The notes: generated by a model from the letters alone, not told the origin. 64,000 nt of DNA from an uncultured Acidimicrobiia bacterium (GCA_964614095.1 CAZTJO010000002.1:32043-96042); one strand, 5' to 3'; positions 44,193 to 54,036 are shown, counted from the first letter of the stretch. Numbers and translations: made by a program.

Positions 44193-46409
44193 ATGAGGCA
44201 CTTCCCCGCCCTCCGCAAGATTGTTGTGCTCTCGACCGCCATCGCCCTGTTCGGCGTGCTCCCGGCAACGGGCTCCGCCGCCGACGGCGCCTCTGCCGAC
44301 GGCAAGCCGCCGGGGCTGGAATCCCGGCTCTACCGTGCCCAGCTGGCCGTGACCGAGCAGGGTGCGGCGGCCGGCCATGCCCAGGCCGAGGATATGGGCC
44401 TGGAAGTGCAGGCGGGCAAGGTGGTGGTGGAGGTGTATCCCGCCGGCGATCTGGCCGCGGCCATCGACGCGGTAGAGGCCGCGGGCGGAACAGTCGCGTA
44501 TCCCGGTGACGGGCTGGGGTTTGTTGGGGCGCTGGTGCCGATGGGGACACTGATGGCGCTCTCAGAGGATGCCGCAGTGCGCTGGGTGCAGTCCCCGCCA
44601 CAACCGTTTGCCGAGGCAGTGACCGGACAGGGTGTCGCCTTCACCGATGCCGACGACTGGCATGCCGTCGGCATCACCGGCGCCGGGGTCAAGGTTGCCG
44701 TGGTCGATCTGGGCTTCACCGGATACGCCTCGGCGCAGGCGAGCGGAGATCTGCCGGCAACGCTGACCACACAGAGCTACTGCGGCGGCGGCATCGGCGG
44801 GACCACCGCGCACGGAACCGCAGTGGCCGAGATCGTGCATGAGATGGCCCCCGACGCCGAGATCTACCTCATCTGCGTAAGCAACACCGGTCATATCGAT
44901 TCCGCCCTCGACTACATGAACGCCCAGGGCGTCGACATCATCAGCCACTCGGTGGGCTGGTTCAACACCGAGCGAGGCGACGGCACCGGGCCCTTCCTCA
45001 CCCTGTCGAACAAGGCGGAGGGCTACGGCATCGCCTGGTTCAATTCGGCAGGCAACTACGCCGAGCGCCACTGGTCGGGCAACTTCAACGACAGCAACGA
45101 CGGCGACGGCACCCATGAATTCTCCGGTGCCGACGAGCGCAACACCTTCACCCTCGACAGCGGTGATCAGGTCTACGTCTCCCTCAAGTGGGACGAATGG
45201 CCCACATCGAGCAACGATTTCGATCTGTACCTGCTCGACATCACCGGCGGAGGTGGCGTGGTCGACTCGTCTACCGATCCCCAGACCGGCACCCAGCCGC
45301 CGACGGAGTTGATTACCTACACCAATCCGACCGGTGGCACCCGTACCTACGCCGTCGAGATCCGCGAGTTCTCTGCCATGACGACGCCGGACATGGACCT
45401 GTTTGTGCTCAGTCCGGACGATCTGGAGTACCCCGTCACCGCCCGCAGCCTCAACGAGAACTCGACCGTGCCCAACATCTACTCTGCCGGGGCGGTGTGG
45501 TACTTCGATGGCCTGATCGAGGATTTCTCCTCGGAGGGGCCCACCATCGACGGCCGCACCAAACCCGATATCTCGGGGCCCGACGGGGTGGCCAGTTTCA
45601 CCTACGGGTCGTTTGGCGGCACCTCGGCGTCGGCCCCGCACGTCAGCGGCGCCGCGGCCCTGCTGCTGTCGGTGTACCCGTGGATGTCGCCGGCCGAGCT
45701 GCGCGCCGCAGTTTCGAGCCGCACTCACGACGCCGGCCCGGCGGGACCGGATAACGAGTACGGCGTCGGCGTCCTCGATCTGGGCGCTCCACCCGCGGTG
45801 AGCTGCGCCGGGCAGCCGGTCACCATCGTCGGTACGGAGAACGATGACGTCCTCGTCGGCACCGACGGCAGGGATGTGATCGCAGGTCTGGGCGGCAACG
45901 ACCACATCAGTGGTTTTGATGGTGGCGATTTGATCTGCGGCGGTGCCGGCAACGACAGGATCTACGGCGGCAAGGGCAACGACACGATCTTCGGCGACAC
46001 CGGGGTCGACTTGATCTGGGGCAACCAGGGCAAAGACGTGCTCGACGGGGGCAAGGGCAACGACAAACTCATCGGAAGCATGGGACTGGACCGGATCATG
46101 GGCCGCGGTGGAAACGATGTCATCACCGGGAATGCCGGTGACGACGGCCTCCGTGGTGGTGTGGGCGACGATTACATCACCGGCGACGAGGACGACGATC
46201 ACATCTACGGCAACGGCGACGATGACACGCTCAGCGGTGGCGCGGGCAGTGACATTGTCTACGGTGGTCCGGGCAACGATCTGCTGCGCGGCAACAGCGG
46301 CAGTGACGAGCTGTACGGCGGATCCGGGACCGACGTCGACAAGGGCGGAACCGCCTACGACTACTGCACCGAGGCCGTTTCCTACAGGAGCTGCGAGGTC
46401 ATCGGGTAG
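44193..46409 (+). CDS. Secreted S8-family (subtilisin-like) serine peptidase with C-terminal RTX repeats
   Basis: Signal peptide. Catalytic triad motifs D (VAVVDLG), H (HGTAVAEIVHEMAP) and S (GTSASAPHVSGAAALLLS). The C-terminal 190 aa repeat the same junction (VSCAGQPVTIVGTENDDVLVGTDGRDVIAG) and GGxGxD nonapeptides as the CapA paralogs. Good RBS GAGGAG. Confidence 0.85.
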   Translation: MRHFPALRKIVVLSTAIALFGVLPATGSAADGASADGKPPGLESRLYRAQLAVTEQGAAAGHAQAEDMGLEVQAGKVVVEVYPAGDLAAAIDAVEAAGGTVAYPGDGLGFVGALVPMGTLMALSEDAAVRWVQSPPQPFAEAVTGQGVAFTDADDWHAVGITGAGVKVAVVDLGFTGYASAQASGDLPATLTTQSYCGGGIGGTTAHGTAVAEIVHEMAPDAEIYLICVSNTGHIDSALDYMNAQGVDIISHSVGWFNTERGDGTGPFLTLSNKAEGYGIAWFNSAGNYAERHWSGNFNDSNDGDGTHEFSGADERNTFTLDSGDQVYVSLKWDEWPTSSNDFDLYLLDITGGGGVVDSSTDPQTGTQPPTELITYTNPTGGTRTYAVEIREFSAMTTPDMDLFVLSPDDLEYPVTARSLNENSTVPNIYSAGAVWYFDGLIEDFSSEGPTIDGRTKPDISGPDGVASFTYGSFGGTSASAPHVSGAAALLLSVYPWMSPAELRAAVSSRTHDAGPAGPDNEYGVGVLDLGAPPAVSCAGQPVTIVGTENDDVLVGTDGRDVIAGLGGNDHISGFDGGDLICGGAGNDRIYGGKGNDTIFGDTGVDLIWGNQGKDVLDGGKGNDKLIGSMGLDRIMGRGGNDVITGNAGDDGLRGGVGDDYITGDEDDDHIYGNGDDDTLSGGAGSDIVYGGPGNDLLRGNSGSDELYGGSGTDVDKGGTAYDYCTEAVSYRSCEVIG

Positions 46410-46710
46410 CCGGGCGCGGGGCGGCGCCGGGATCGTTGAGGCTAGGCGTTGCCTCAATCGGACGATCGCCGTCCGGTTCGCTGGAGCCCGCCGGCATCTG
46501 CAGCTGCTCGCCGCAGTCCGCCGCCGGTGGCATGTCCTCCTCGCCCCGCAGGAGCCGCGCCAGTCGATTGAGCACGCGCTCCAGTTCGCTCATGGCTTGA
46601 TGATGCTTGCCGGTGCGGTGCGGTTCCAGGGGCCTTCGGCCCCCACCGGCCCAGCATCAGGACCTGTCACCCGGCGCAGGTGAGGGGTGGCGGCACGGTG
46701 ACGGCGGTGC

Positions 46711-47952
46711 TCAGCCGGACTGTTCTGCGGCCAGGTCGGCGATACGGTCGCCGATGGCGAGCGCAGCCGTGGCCGCAGGGGACGGCGCGTTGAGCACGTT
46801 GACCAGGCCGGGTTTGGCGACGAGCACAAAGTCATCGACCAGGCGTCCCCTGCCATCGACGGCCTGGGCCCGGATCCCCGACCCGGCCGCCTCGAGATCG
46901 GCGGTGCGGAGTCCGGCAATGAGGCGTCGGGCGGCCCGGGCATAGAGCGCCTTGCTGCGTGACCGGGACAGCTCGGTGAACCCAAGGCGCCAGTAGCGCA
47001 GAGCGAGGTTCCAGAAGCCGCCGAAGCGGAGCATCTCGCCGACGTCGCGCCAGCCGACACCCTCTCCCCGATAGTGATGGCGTCCCAAGGCCAGGAGAGC
47101 GCTGGGCCCGACGTCGACGTCGCCGTCGAGACGCCGGGTGAAGTGCACCCCGAGGAAGGGCAGGCCGGGCCTGGGCACCGGGTAGATGAGGTGTCTCACC
47201 TGGTGCTCCGCTTCCGGGGTGAGCCGGTAGTACTCGCCGCGGAAGGGCACGATCCGCACCGGGGGGGTTTCACCGGCGAGGAGTGCCACGCGGTCCGACT
47301 GCAGGCCGGCGCAATTGATCACCGTCTTGGCTTGGAGCCGGAGTCCGGAGGCACAGACGACCTCCCAACCCTCCGGAAGACGAGGCAGGCCGGTGACGCG
47401 CTGCCCCAGCAAAACGCGGTGGCCTGCAGCCTCCAGGTTGCGCGCCAGCCGCCGGGCTACCGCCACAAAATCGACGACTCCGGTCTCGGGGACGATGAGC
47501 CCTTCGACCCCGGAGACGTACGGCTCCCTTTCCCTCAGCTCATCGATGCCGGCCCTATGCAGGCCGCGGAGACCGTTGGCTCGGCCCCGGCGCTCCATTT
47601 CGTTGAGGAGTGTCACCTCTTCCGGGTGGGCGGCGACGACGATCTTGCCGCAGCGGCGCAGCGGAAGGCCTTCCTCCTCGCAGAAGCGAGCCATGCGGCG
47701 GGCTCCGTCCACACAGAGGAGTGCCTTCTCCGAACCGGGCCGGTAGGGGAGGCCGGAATGCAGCACACCGCTGTTGCGCCCCGTTTGGTGGGCGCCGAGG
47801 CGGTCTTCGGCCTCGAGAACCACGATCGACGCATCAGGACGGCGCCCATGCAGCGCCCGGGCAGCAGCGAGGCCGACGATTCCGGCACCGACGATTGCGA
47901 TGTCGCAGCGGTCTTCCACAGGCTGCACGATAGGCCCGATGTGAGGGGGCAT
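46711..47952 (-). CDS. lhgO: FAD-dependent L-2-hydroxyglutarate oxidase/dehydrogenase (LhgO-like)
   Basis: N-terminal dinucleotide-binding fold CDIAIVGAGIVGLAAA. ~413-aa DAO-family protein with LhgO-like organisation. Confidence 0.75.
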   Translation of the reverse strand: MPPHIGPIVQPVEDRCDIAIVGAGIVGLAAARALHGRRPDASIVVLEAEDRLGAHQTGRNSGVLHSGLPYRPGSEKALLCVDGARRMARFCEEEGLPLRRCGKIVVAAHPEEVTLLNEMERRGRANGLRGLHRAGIDELREREPYVSGVEGLIVPETGVVDFVAVARRLARNLEAAGHRVLLGQRVTGLPRLPEGWEVVCASGLRLQAKTVINCAGLQSDRVALLAGETPPVRIVPFRGEYYRLTPEAEHQVRHLIYPVPRPGLPFLGVHFTRRLDGDVDVGPSALLALGRHHYRGEGVGWRDVGEMLRFGGFWNLALRYWRLGFTELSRSRSKALYARAARRLIAGLRTADLEAAGSGIRAQAVDGRGRLVDDFVLVAKPGLVNVLNAPSPAATAALAIGDRIADLAAEQSG

Positions 47953-48014
47953 AGGATGTCGCTATGTCGCAGACGCTTGCCTAAATCGCGGTCGGGCTCG
48001 TCTTCCTGCGGGGC

Positions 48015-48338
48015 ATGGCATACGTGATCCCCACCAGACAAGTTGTGGCCGGCTTCGGCGAGATGCCAGAGGACGATCGCTGGGTTCTCATCATGGAGTG
48101 GGTGGCCGAGGAGCGCGCTATGTGGTTTGTTGCCGCGCTAGTGGCGGCCGTGGCCGCCTTCGGGAGCGATGGAGAAGCCGCCGTCGCTTTCGTGTACCGG
48201 CTCTCGGCAGGCTTCCTGGTCGTGGTGGGCGCCTGGACGGCCCTCACCGGGGCGCGCGGCCCGGTGATCTGGTTCAAGCTCTGCCCGGTGGCGCGCGGCA
48301 CCACCGCCGGTCTGCTCGTCGCCGCCAGCCTTCTATAG
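48015..48338 (+). CDS. Possible small membrane protein (107 aa)
   Basis: ORF with two hydrophobic segments, in the gap between lhgO and the lipoprotein gene. No homolog recognised and the SD is weak. Confidence 0.3.
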   Translation: MAYVIPTRQVVAGFGEMPEDDRWVLIMEWVAEERAMWFVAALVAAVAAFGSDGEAAVAFVYRLSAGFLVVVGAWTALTGARGPVIWFKLCPVARGTTAGLLVAASLL

Positions 48339-48358
48339 ACGCTGCGCCCCAGCCGGAG

Positions 48359-49883
48359 TCATGAGATATCCCGGATCATGTGGGCGTCGATCACGCCGGG
48401 GATGCCGGCAGGCGGCACAATCAGATCGGCGACGGTGCTGCCGTTGGTAGCCATGAGGTGCAGGCTTCCTTCCTCTTGACCACAGCCCATCCAGCGCCAC
48501 ACCACGAGGTTGCCGCCAAGAACACCGATCATCTGCTCGCCGTCGACGGCGCCGGTGATGGTGACGACGTTGCCTGAGTCGACCCGGCCGACCGTTGAAG
48601 CTCCGCAGTCACCCCACCACTGCACGTACGTCGAGCCACCGATCCGGAAGGCATCCGAGTATCCGAAGTCGACGATGTTCGGTGTCAATGTGGGGGCGGG
48701 GGTGACGGCGGTGGCCGCGGAGCCATCAGTGGGCACCCGCCACAGCTGGTGGTAGTACGACATCGGCTCTGCGGCGAGCACGTCCGACGGCACGCAGGCG
48801 GCGACCACCGTGGATGTGTCCCACCATCGCACCGGAATGCAGTAGTCGCCGGTGTCGGCCAGGTCCCTGATGAGATTGCCGTGATTGTCGAGGAAGTGGA
48901 GCCCGTCGCCGTCGCCGGTGACGACGGTGAGGCCGTCGAGCCCATAGAGCCAATGGGTCCACTCGCGGTAATCGGCCGCTCGGGGCCGGTCGACAAACAC
49001 CGAGAACAGCGATCCGTCGGTATGGCGGCACTCGACCCGTTCGGTGGCGGCATCGGCAACGCTGACGACGATGTCGCGCCCGGTGGGCCGGGTGAAGCTG
49101 GCGGCCCCGGTCGGCGACACTGACGGGATGGCCTCGACCAGCGCCGAGGTGCGCGCCGGCAGATCGAGGAGTCGCGTCTCCCGGTCCCAGGTGGCGGCAT
49201 CGGTCAAGGTGACCAGCACCGATTGGCCACCCGGCTTCCAGTCGTTGATGGTGAAGGGCCACTCGTCCGTCGGCCACGAGAAGACTTCGTAGGTGTCGCC
49301 GTAGGGGCTGAGCATGTACAGCACGGTCTGACCCGAGATGTCGCCACCGTACAGGGCGAGGATCCATTGCTCGTTGACGTACTCCCAGGGCAGCAGGCTC
49401 CCGCTGAGGGCATAGGGGTAGTTGGCTCCGCTGATGGGGGCCGGCGAGGCCACTGCGGCGTTGCAGGGTGCGGGGATCAGGTACCAGGAGGCCGACCATC
49501 CGGTTCCGTCTCCGAATTCGATCTCGAACCAGATGTTGCCGTTGCTGTCGGGAGCGGCAATGCCGGTCGCCGGCACGCCGGTGGCGTTGTAGGCGAGGTC
49601 TCCGATGTCGTCGTGCTCGCCGCCGGGCCCGGTGCGTACGTTGAGGACGTCGGTGGGCGCGGTGCCGCGCACGCAGTAGGACTCATTGGCCACGGCAAAG
49701 GAGCCCGGAAGGGTGGTGCTGGTGGCCGAGGGTTCGGTCGGCGTCACCTCGGCAGTGGTAGTCGTCGCTTCGGTAGGTGATGTGGTCGTCGTAGTGCTCT
49801 CGGGGGTGGTGGTGGCGGCGTTGCCGCCGCAGGCGACCACCAACAGGCACAGGACGACGAGCAGAAGGCTGGCTCGGCGCATG
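48359..49883 (-). CDS. Lipoprotein of unknown function with a Thr-rich linker
   Basis: Signal and lipobox MRRASLLLVVLCLLVVAC|GG, then a T/S/E-rich low-complexity linker and a ~450-aa globular region. Start at ATG 49883. Confidence 0.55.
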
Positions 49884-49974
49884 TTGATGTTCCTCTCTGT
49901 CGCCAGAAGCCTACCGAGCACTTCAGCGGAGGACGGTTGCCGGCAGGCAGGCGGCGAGGCATTACCGTCAAAGC

Positions 49975-50901
49975 GTGCACAGGCCCGTGAAACCACCGCG
50001 TCTGCGCCCCGGTGATCGTGTCGCCGTGGTGGCGCCGGCGGGGCCCGTCGAGGCGAGGCCGGTGGCCGCCGGCCTCGATCTGGTCCGCTCTTGGGGCCTG
50101 GAGCCGGTGGAGATGCCCCACCTCTACGACCGATCCGGTTACCTGGCCGGGAACGACGACGCTCGCCTAGCCGATCTCCAAGCCGCTCTCGACGATCCGT
50201 CTGTGGGCGGAGTGTTTGCCGCTCGAGGCGGCTACGGCGTCCAGCGGATAATCGACGATCTCGACCTGGCTTCCGCCGTTCCCAAGGTGGTCGTCGGATT
50301 CAGCGATATCACTGCTCTGCATCTCACCCTGTGGCGGCAGATGGGTCTGGTCACCTTTCACGCTCCCGGGCTCTCGTGGCACCAGGAGCGCACGGGAGAG
50401 GCTTCGGCCGAGTCGCTGCGCCGAGCCGTTATGGAAGAGGGGCCCATCGGCGATGTGCTGATGCCCGCAGGCTCAGCAGAGCCGGTGACCCTGGTCGGAG
50501 GTACTGCCGAAGGGCCGCTGCTCGGTGGGAATCTGGCGCTGGTGGCGGCGTCGGTGGGGACTCAAGACGAGCCGGATCTGGCCGGGGCAGTCGTCCTGCT
50601 GGAGGACGTGGGCGAGCCGGTGTACCGGATCGACCGGATGCTCACCCAGGTGCTTCGGGCCGGGCTGTTGGAGCAAGCCGGCGGGGTGGCCTTCGGCGAT
50701 ACCCCCCTGCCGGAGGACGGCTCCACACACGACCTCTTGGCGGTGTTGGAGGATCGTCTCGGAGGATTGCGCATCCCGGTGCTGTACGGGCTGCCCTTGG
50801 GGCACCGGCGACAGCAGCAGACCGTCCCCTTGGGGGTGCGGGCGTGCCTCGACGCAGGAGCAGGAGTCCTCTCCATCGTTGAGGCGGCGACGAGCGGCTA
50901 A
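49975..50901 (+). CDS. LD-carboxypeptidase (peptidase S66, muramoyltetrapeptide carboxypeptidase LdcA-like)
   Basis: Ser nucleophile context VVGFSDITALH; ~308 aa with two-domain S66 architecture. GTG start. Confidence 0.8.
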   Translation: MHRPVKPPRLRPGDRVAVVAPAGPVEARPVAAGLDLVRSWGLEPVEMPHLYDRSGYLAGNDDARLADLQAALDDPSVGGVFAARGGYGVQRIIDDLDLASAVPKVVVGFSDITALHLTLWRQMGLVTFHAPGLSWHQERTGEASAESLRRAVMEEGPIGDVLMPAGSAEPVTLVGGTAEGPLLGGNLALVAASVGTQDEPDLAGAVVLLEDVGEPVYRIDRMLTQVLRAGLLEQAGGVAFGDTPLPEDGSTHDLLAVLEDRLGGLRIPVLYGLPLGHRRQQQTVPLGVRACLDAGAGVLSIVEAATSG

Positions 50902-51367
50902 GTGGCGCCGACCACAAAAGAGGGACCGGAGCCCTTGCGGGCTCCGGTCCCAGCTGACGAGGGGAGGGGGTCAGCTCGAGAGCGAATGGCGACGACGCAT
51001 GAGGTCCGTTCTCGCCTGCTGCAGCGCCCCAAACGCCTCGGCGACTTCGTGCACGGGAGCACCGAGCCCCTTAAGCACCTCGTAGTGATGCCACGTACGT
51101 AGCAGGGTCCATACCGCGTCGATGAGATCGTCCTGCGGTGTGGACTCCAAAGACGCCAGGTCGGGGGCGAACACAGTCACGCTCTCAGCACTCAATTCAA
51201 GTGCGCTTCGCGTTGTATGTATGCCGTCTGGCGGACTATTCCGGTGCTAATATCTTTTTTTTGCAGCTATTACGTAAAGTGAATAGCTCATAATGCCTGG
51301 CAAATGGGCCTTGTGGCGGTGTGCACAAGCCTGAGGGCCTTGACTTACGCGCGTTCGAAGGAGGGAC

Positions 51368-51823
51368 ATGCGGCTCGACGATATCGACTGGCGAATCCTG
51401 GGTGAGCTACAGCGAGATGGGAGAGTTGGCTTCCGTGAGCTGGGCCGGCGGGTCGGGCTCAGCGCGCCTGCAGTGACCGCTCGGGTGCGCCGGCTCGAAG
51501 AGTCGGGGGTCATCGCCGGCTACCGGGCCGATGTTGACCCGGTACGTCTCGGCCACACGGTGCAGGCGTTTGTTCGTATGAGCGCAGGCGGCCCTCCCGA
51601 CATCGACGAGGAGTTTGTTGCTTATGCCCGGACCATTCCCGAGATCCTCGACGTCTACCGAGTCACCGGCGCGGAAACCTACCTGCTGCGAGTGGTGGTG
51701 GCGACGATGACCGATCTGGAGCGGGTGCTTCGTCCGCTCTGGCGATACGGCGATACCGTCACCGGTGTAGTGATGTCGGTGCCGGTTGCCGACCGGCCCA
51801 TAACCAGGGCCACCGGTGACTAG
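51368..51823 (+). CDS. Lrp/AsnC-family transcriptional regulator
   Basis: HTH LDDIDWRILGELQRDGRVGFRELGRRVGLSAPAVTARVRRLEESGVI plus the C-terminal RAM domain. GAAGGAGGG RBS. Preceded by an AT-rich promoter region. Confidence 0.9.
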   Translation: MRLDDIDWRILGELQRDGRVGFRELGRRVGLSAPAVTARVRRLEESGVIAGYRADVDPVRLGHTVQAFVRMSAGGPPDIDEEFVAYARTIPEILDVYRVTGAETYLLRVVVATMTDLERVLRPLWRYGDTVTGVVMSVPVADRPITRATGD

Positions 51824-51904
51824 TCACTTTTGCATGGCCTTTTGATACGCCGGCAAGGCGACTCGTGGTTAAGGATCGGGGCCTGATCCGCCGAAATCTG
51901 CGGC

Positions 51905-52387
51905 ATGCGCAGGCTAAGGAAGGCGGAGGATGCCTTCACACTCGTCGAGTTGATGGTGGTAATACTCATCATCGGAGTCTTGGTGGCCGTGGCGACGCCG
52001 GCGTATGTAGGCATTCTCAATCGGGCGCGCCATAGGGAGATGCAGGCCGACCTGCGCTCGGGCCTGATGGCGGTCGAGCTGTACTTCATGGAGAACGGCG
52101 AGTACACCGACGATCCCGTCCAGCTGCAGGCTATGGAACCCGTCGTCGCCTACTACTCGCCCGAACAGCCGGTGGGCACCGTTGCCCTGCGTCTCGGAGC
52201 GAGTCCGGAACACGACGAGATCTGCCTGTTCGGGCAGACGGTCGACGGCGAGTGGTACGCCGCATACCGGTCCGTCGACTCCGCGCCCCTTTTCGGGCAA
52301 GCGGAGCTGCAGGACTGCAGCGCCGACCTTGCCGCCGGCTGGAGCCATCAGGCCTGGGAGGCGGCTCCGAGCGTTTCGCTCATCTGA
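51905..52387 (+). CDS. Prepilin-type N-terminal cleavage/methylation domain protein (type IV pilin/pseudopilin-like)
   Basis: N-terminus MRRLRKAEDA|FTLVELMVVILIIGVLVAVATPAY is a class III signal peptide with Glu+5, although Ala rather than Gly sits at -1. 160 aa. Confidence 0.65.
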   Translation: MRRLRKAEDAFTLVELMVVILIIGVLVAVATPAYVGILNRARHREMQADLRSGLMAVELYFMENGEYTDDPVQLQAMEPVVAYYSPEQPVGTVALRLGASPEHDEICLFGQTVDGEWYAAYRSVDSAPLFGQAELQDCSADLAAGWSHQAWEAAPSVSLI

Positions 52388-52464
52388 AAGAGTCTCACCC
52401 AGTGAGGAATGGCCGTGCCTCGGGGCCCGCCGGGTGGTGGTTGAATGCGGCCGTGCTCGATTCG

Positions 52465-53106
52465 ATGATTGCCCGCATCTACGAACCCGTGCTGGGTCGT
52501 TTGGTCGGCGGGCTGCGCCGGGCCGGGCTCGCCCTCCATCCGCCCAGGCCCGGCCTCAAGGTGCTGGACGTCGGCTGCGGAACCGGTGCCCACCTGTCGC
52601 TCTATGCCGATGCGGGGTGCCGGGTCTGTGGCATTGATGTCTCGGCGGCCATGCTCGATGAGGCGCGGCGGCGCCTCGGCGAGGGTGGCCTGCTCGTGGG
52701 CGCCGATGCCCGTGAGCTGCCTTTTGCCGACGCGGCCTTCGATCTCGTCGTGGCGGTGACTCTGCTGCACGGCCTCCCGGCGGGGGCACGTGTCGGCGCA
52801 CTGGAGGAGATGGCCCGCGTCGCCGGGCGCCGGGGCCGGGTATTGGTCATCGATCATGCTCCTGAGCCGGCACGAGGCTTTGTGACCCGAACGGCGCGGG
52901 CGCTGGGCGTATCGATAGAGGCACTGAGTGGGCACCTTGCCGGCTGCCGATCGTTTTGGGCCGCCGGCGGGGCGCCCGGTCTCGCTCGGGAAGCGGGACT
53001 GGTCGTCGAGCGCCACGAGCCGGCCGCCTACTCGACCTTCGGTGTGTATCTGCTGCGGGCCGCCGGTCCCGTGCCGGCATCCGGCGGCGGCAGGCTGGGC
53101 CCGTAG
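52465..53106 (+). CDS. Class I SAM-dependent methyltransferase (Methyltransf_11/25-like); start uncertain (TTG 52441, GTG 52453 or ATG 52465)
   Basis: VLDVGCGTGAHL motif I, and FDLVVAV motif II-like. Confidence 0.75.
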   Translation: MIARIYEPVLGRLVGGLRRAGLALHPPRPGLKVLDVGCGTGAHLSLYADAGCRVCGIDVSAAMLDEARRRLGEGGLLVGADARELPFADAAFDLVVAVTLLHGLPAGARVGALEEMARVAGRRGRVLVIDHAPEPARGFVTRTARALGVSIEALSGHLAGCRSFWAAGGAPGLAREAGLVVERHEPAAYSTFGVYLLRAAGPVPASGGGRLGP

Positions 53107-53139
53107 ACTTGATTCAGGCGTCGGATCGGACATCGGACC

Positions 53140-53991
53140 ATGCCCCAGGTGGCCACCATCGACTTCCACGTCACCTCGGAGTGCAACGAAGAGTGCGTCT
53201 ATTGCTGGGGCCCGCAGGGAATCGAGGAGGTCGATACCGCGACGGCCGAGGCCATCGTGACCCGCATTGCCGCCAATGGAGCGCGGCGCATCGTGTTCAC
53301 CGGCGGCGATCCGCTCAAGCGGAATGACATCGGATCGCTTATCAAGCTGGCCGGCCGCGTCGGACTTGAGGTGGCCGTCTCCACCACCGGCGACGAGTTG
53401 ACCGCCGAGTTCCTGAAAGAGCACGCCGGGCATATCGACCTGGTCTCGCTGCCGCTCGACGGGCCCAACGAGGAGGTGTCGTCGCGCACCAAAAAGGCCG
53501 GGCATTTCGCTGCGGTGATGCGAGCACTGGAAATGCTGGCTCTCCATCGGGCCATCGACGTCAAGGTGGCGACTCCGGTGACCCGACACAACCTCGACCA
53601 CGTGCCCGACATCGCGACCCTGCTCGACACGCGGGCTGCCGGCATGCCCAACCGTCTCTTCTACAACGTGTTCCAGGCGTTTCCCCGCTCGATGGACGCA
53701 GATGTCCCCTGGGAGGACTTGGTGGTGACCTCCGCCGAGTTCGCCGCCCTTCGGGAGCAGGTGGAGCTGGCACCTCACCGTTTCCGCATCAATTGGCTGA
53801 GCCACGAGACGCTCGACCGGCTGTACGTCATGGTGTTTCCTGATGGCACCCTCACCATTCCGGTCGGCGGCCGGTACGTCGGCTATGGGCCGTTTCTCGA
53901 GGTCGAGGATCTCGATACCGTGCTCGAGCAGGCCTCCTTCGACATCGCCAAACACCTGCTGCACGCTGAGGGCTGGCAACGGTCGGGGTGA
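53140..53991 (+). CDS. Radical SAM enzyme with a single [4Fe-4S] cluster (CX3CX2C; only three Cys in the protein); specific family undetermined
   Basis: TIDFHVTSECNEECVYC (CX3CX2C), IVFTGGDPL (GGE-like motif), VSLPLDG. 283 aa with no SPASM or auxiliary Cys cluster. Confidence 0.8.
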   Translation: MPQVATIDFHVTSECNEECVYCWGPQGIEEVDTATAEAIVTRIAANGARRIVFTGGDPLKRNDIGSLIKLAGRVGLEVAVSTTGDELTAEFLKEHAGHIDLVSLPLDGPNEEVSSRTKKAGHFAAVMRALEMLALHRAIDVKVATPVTRHNLDHVPDIATLLDTRAAGMPNRLFYNVFQAFPRSMDADVPWEDLVVTSAEFAALREQVELAPHRFRINWLSHETLDRLYVMVFPDGTLTIPVGGRYVGYGPFLEVEDLDTVLEQASFDIAKHLLHAEGWQRSG

Positions 53992-54036
53992 TGTATCCAC
54001 GAGTCGCGAACGCAGGAAGGCTGTGGAGTAGATCGG

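Noticed and set aside
44562-46457. 631-aa minus-strand ORF opposite the S8-RTX peptidase
   Set aside because: The plus strand has subtilisin catalytic motifs and RTX repeats. The antisense ORF is a low-complexity artefact.
46399-46593. 64-aa minus-strand ORF downstream of lhgO (MSELERVLNRLARLL...)
   Set aside because: No RBS. It overlaps a probable bidirectional terminator hairpin (TTGAGGC-N8-GCCTCAA at ~46437-46458) and is low-complexity in its second half.
50971-51195. 74-aa minus-strand ORF between LdcA and lrp
   Set aside because: TTG start, no SD and no recognisable fold. It might be a real small protein, but support is insufficient.
53140-53991. Calling the radical SAM enzyme a prokaryotic viperin (antiviral ddhNTP synthase)
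   Set aside because: The CN..C..C context, GGE-like motif and ~285-aa length fit viperin but equally fit MoaA/activase-type enzymes. There is no adjacent nucleotide kinase and no verified viperin C-terminal motif, so it is kept as generic radical SAM.
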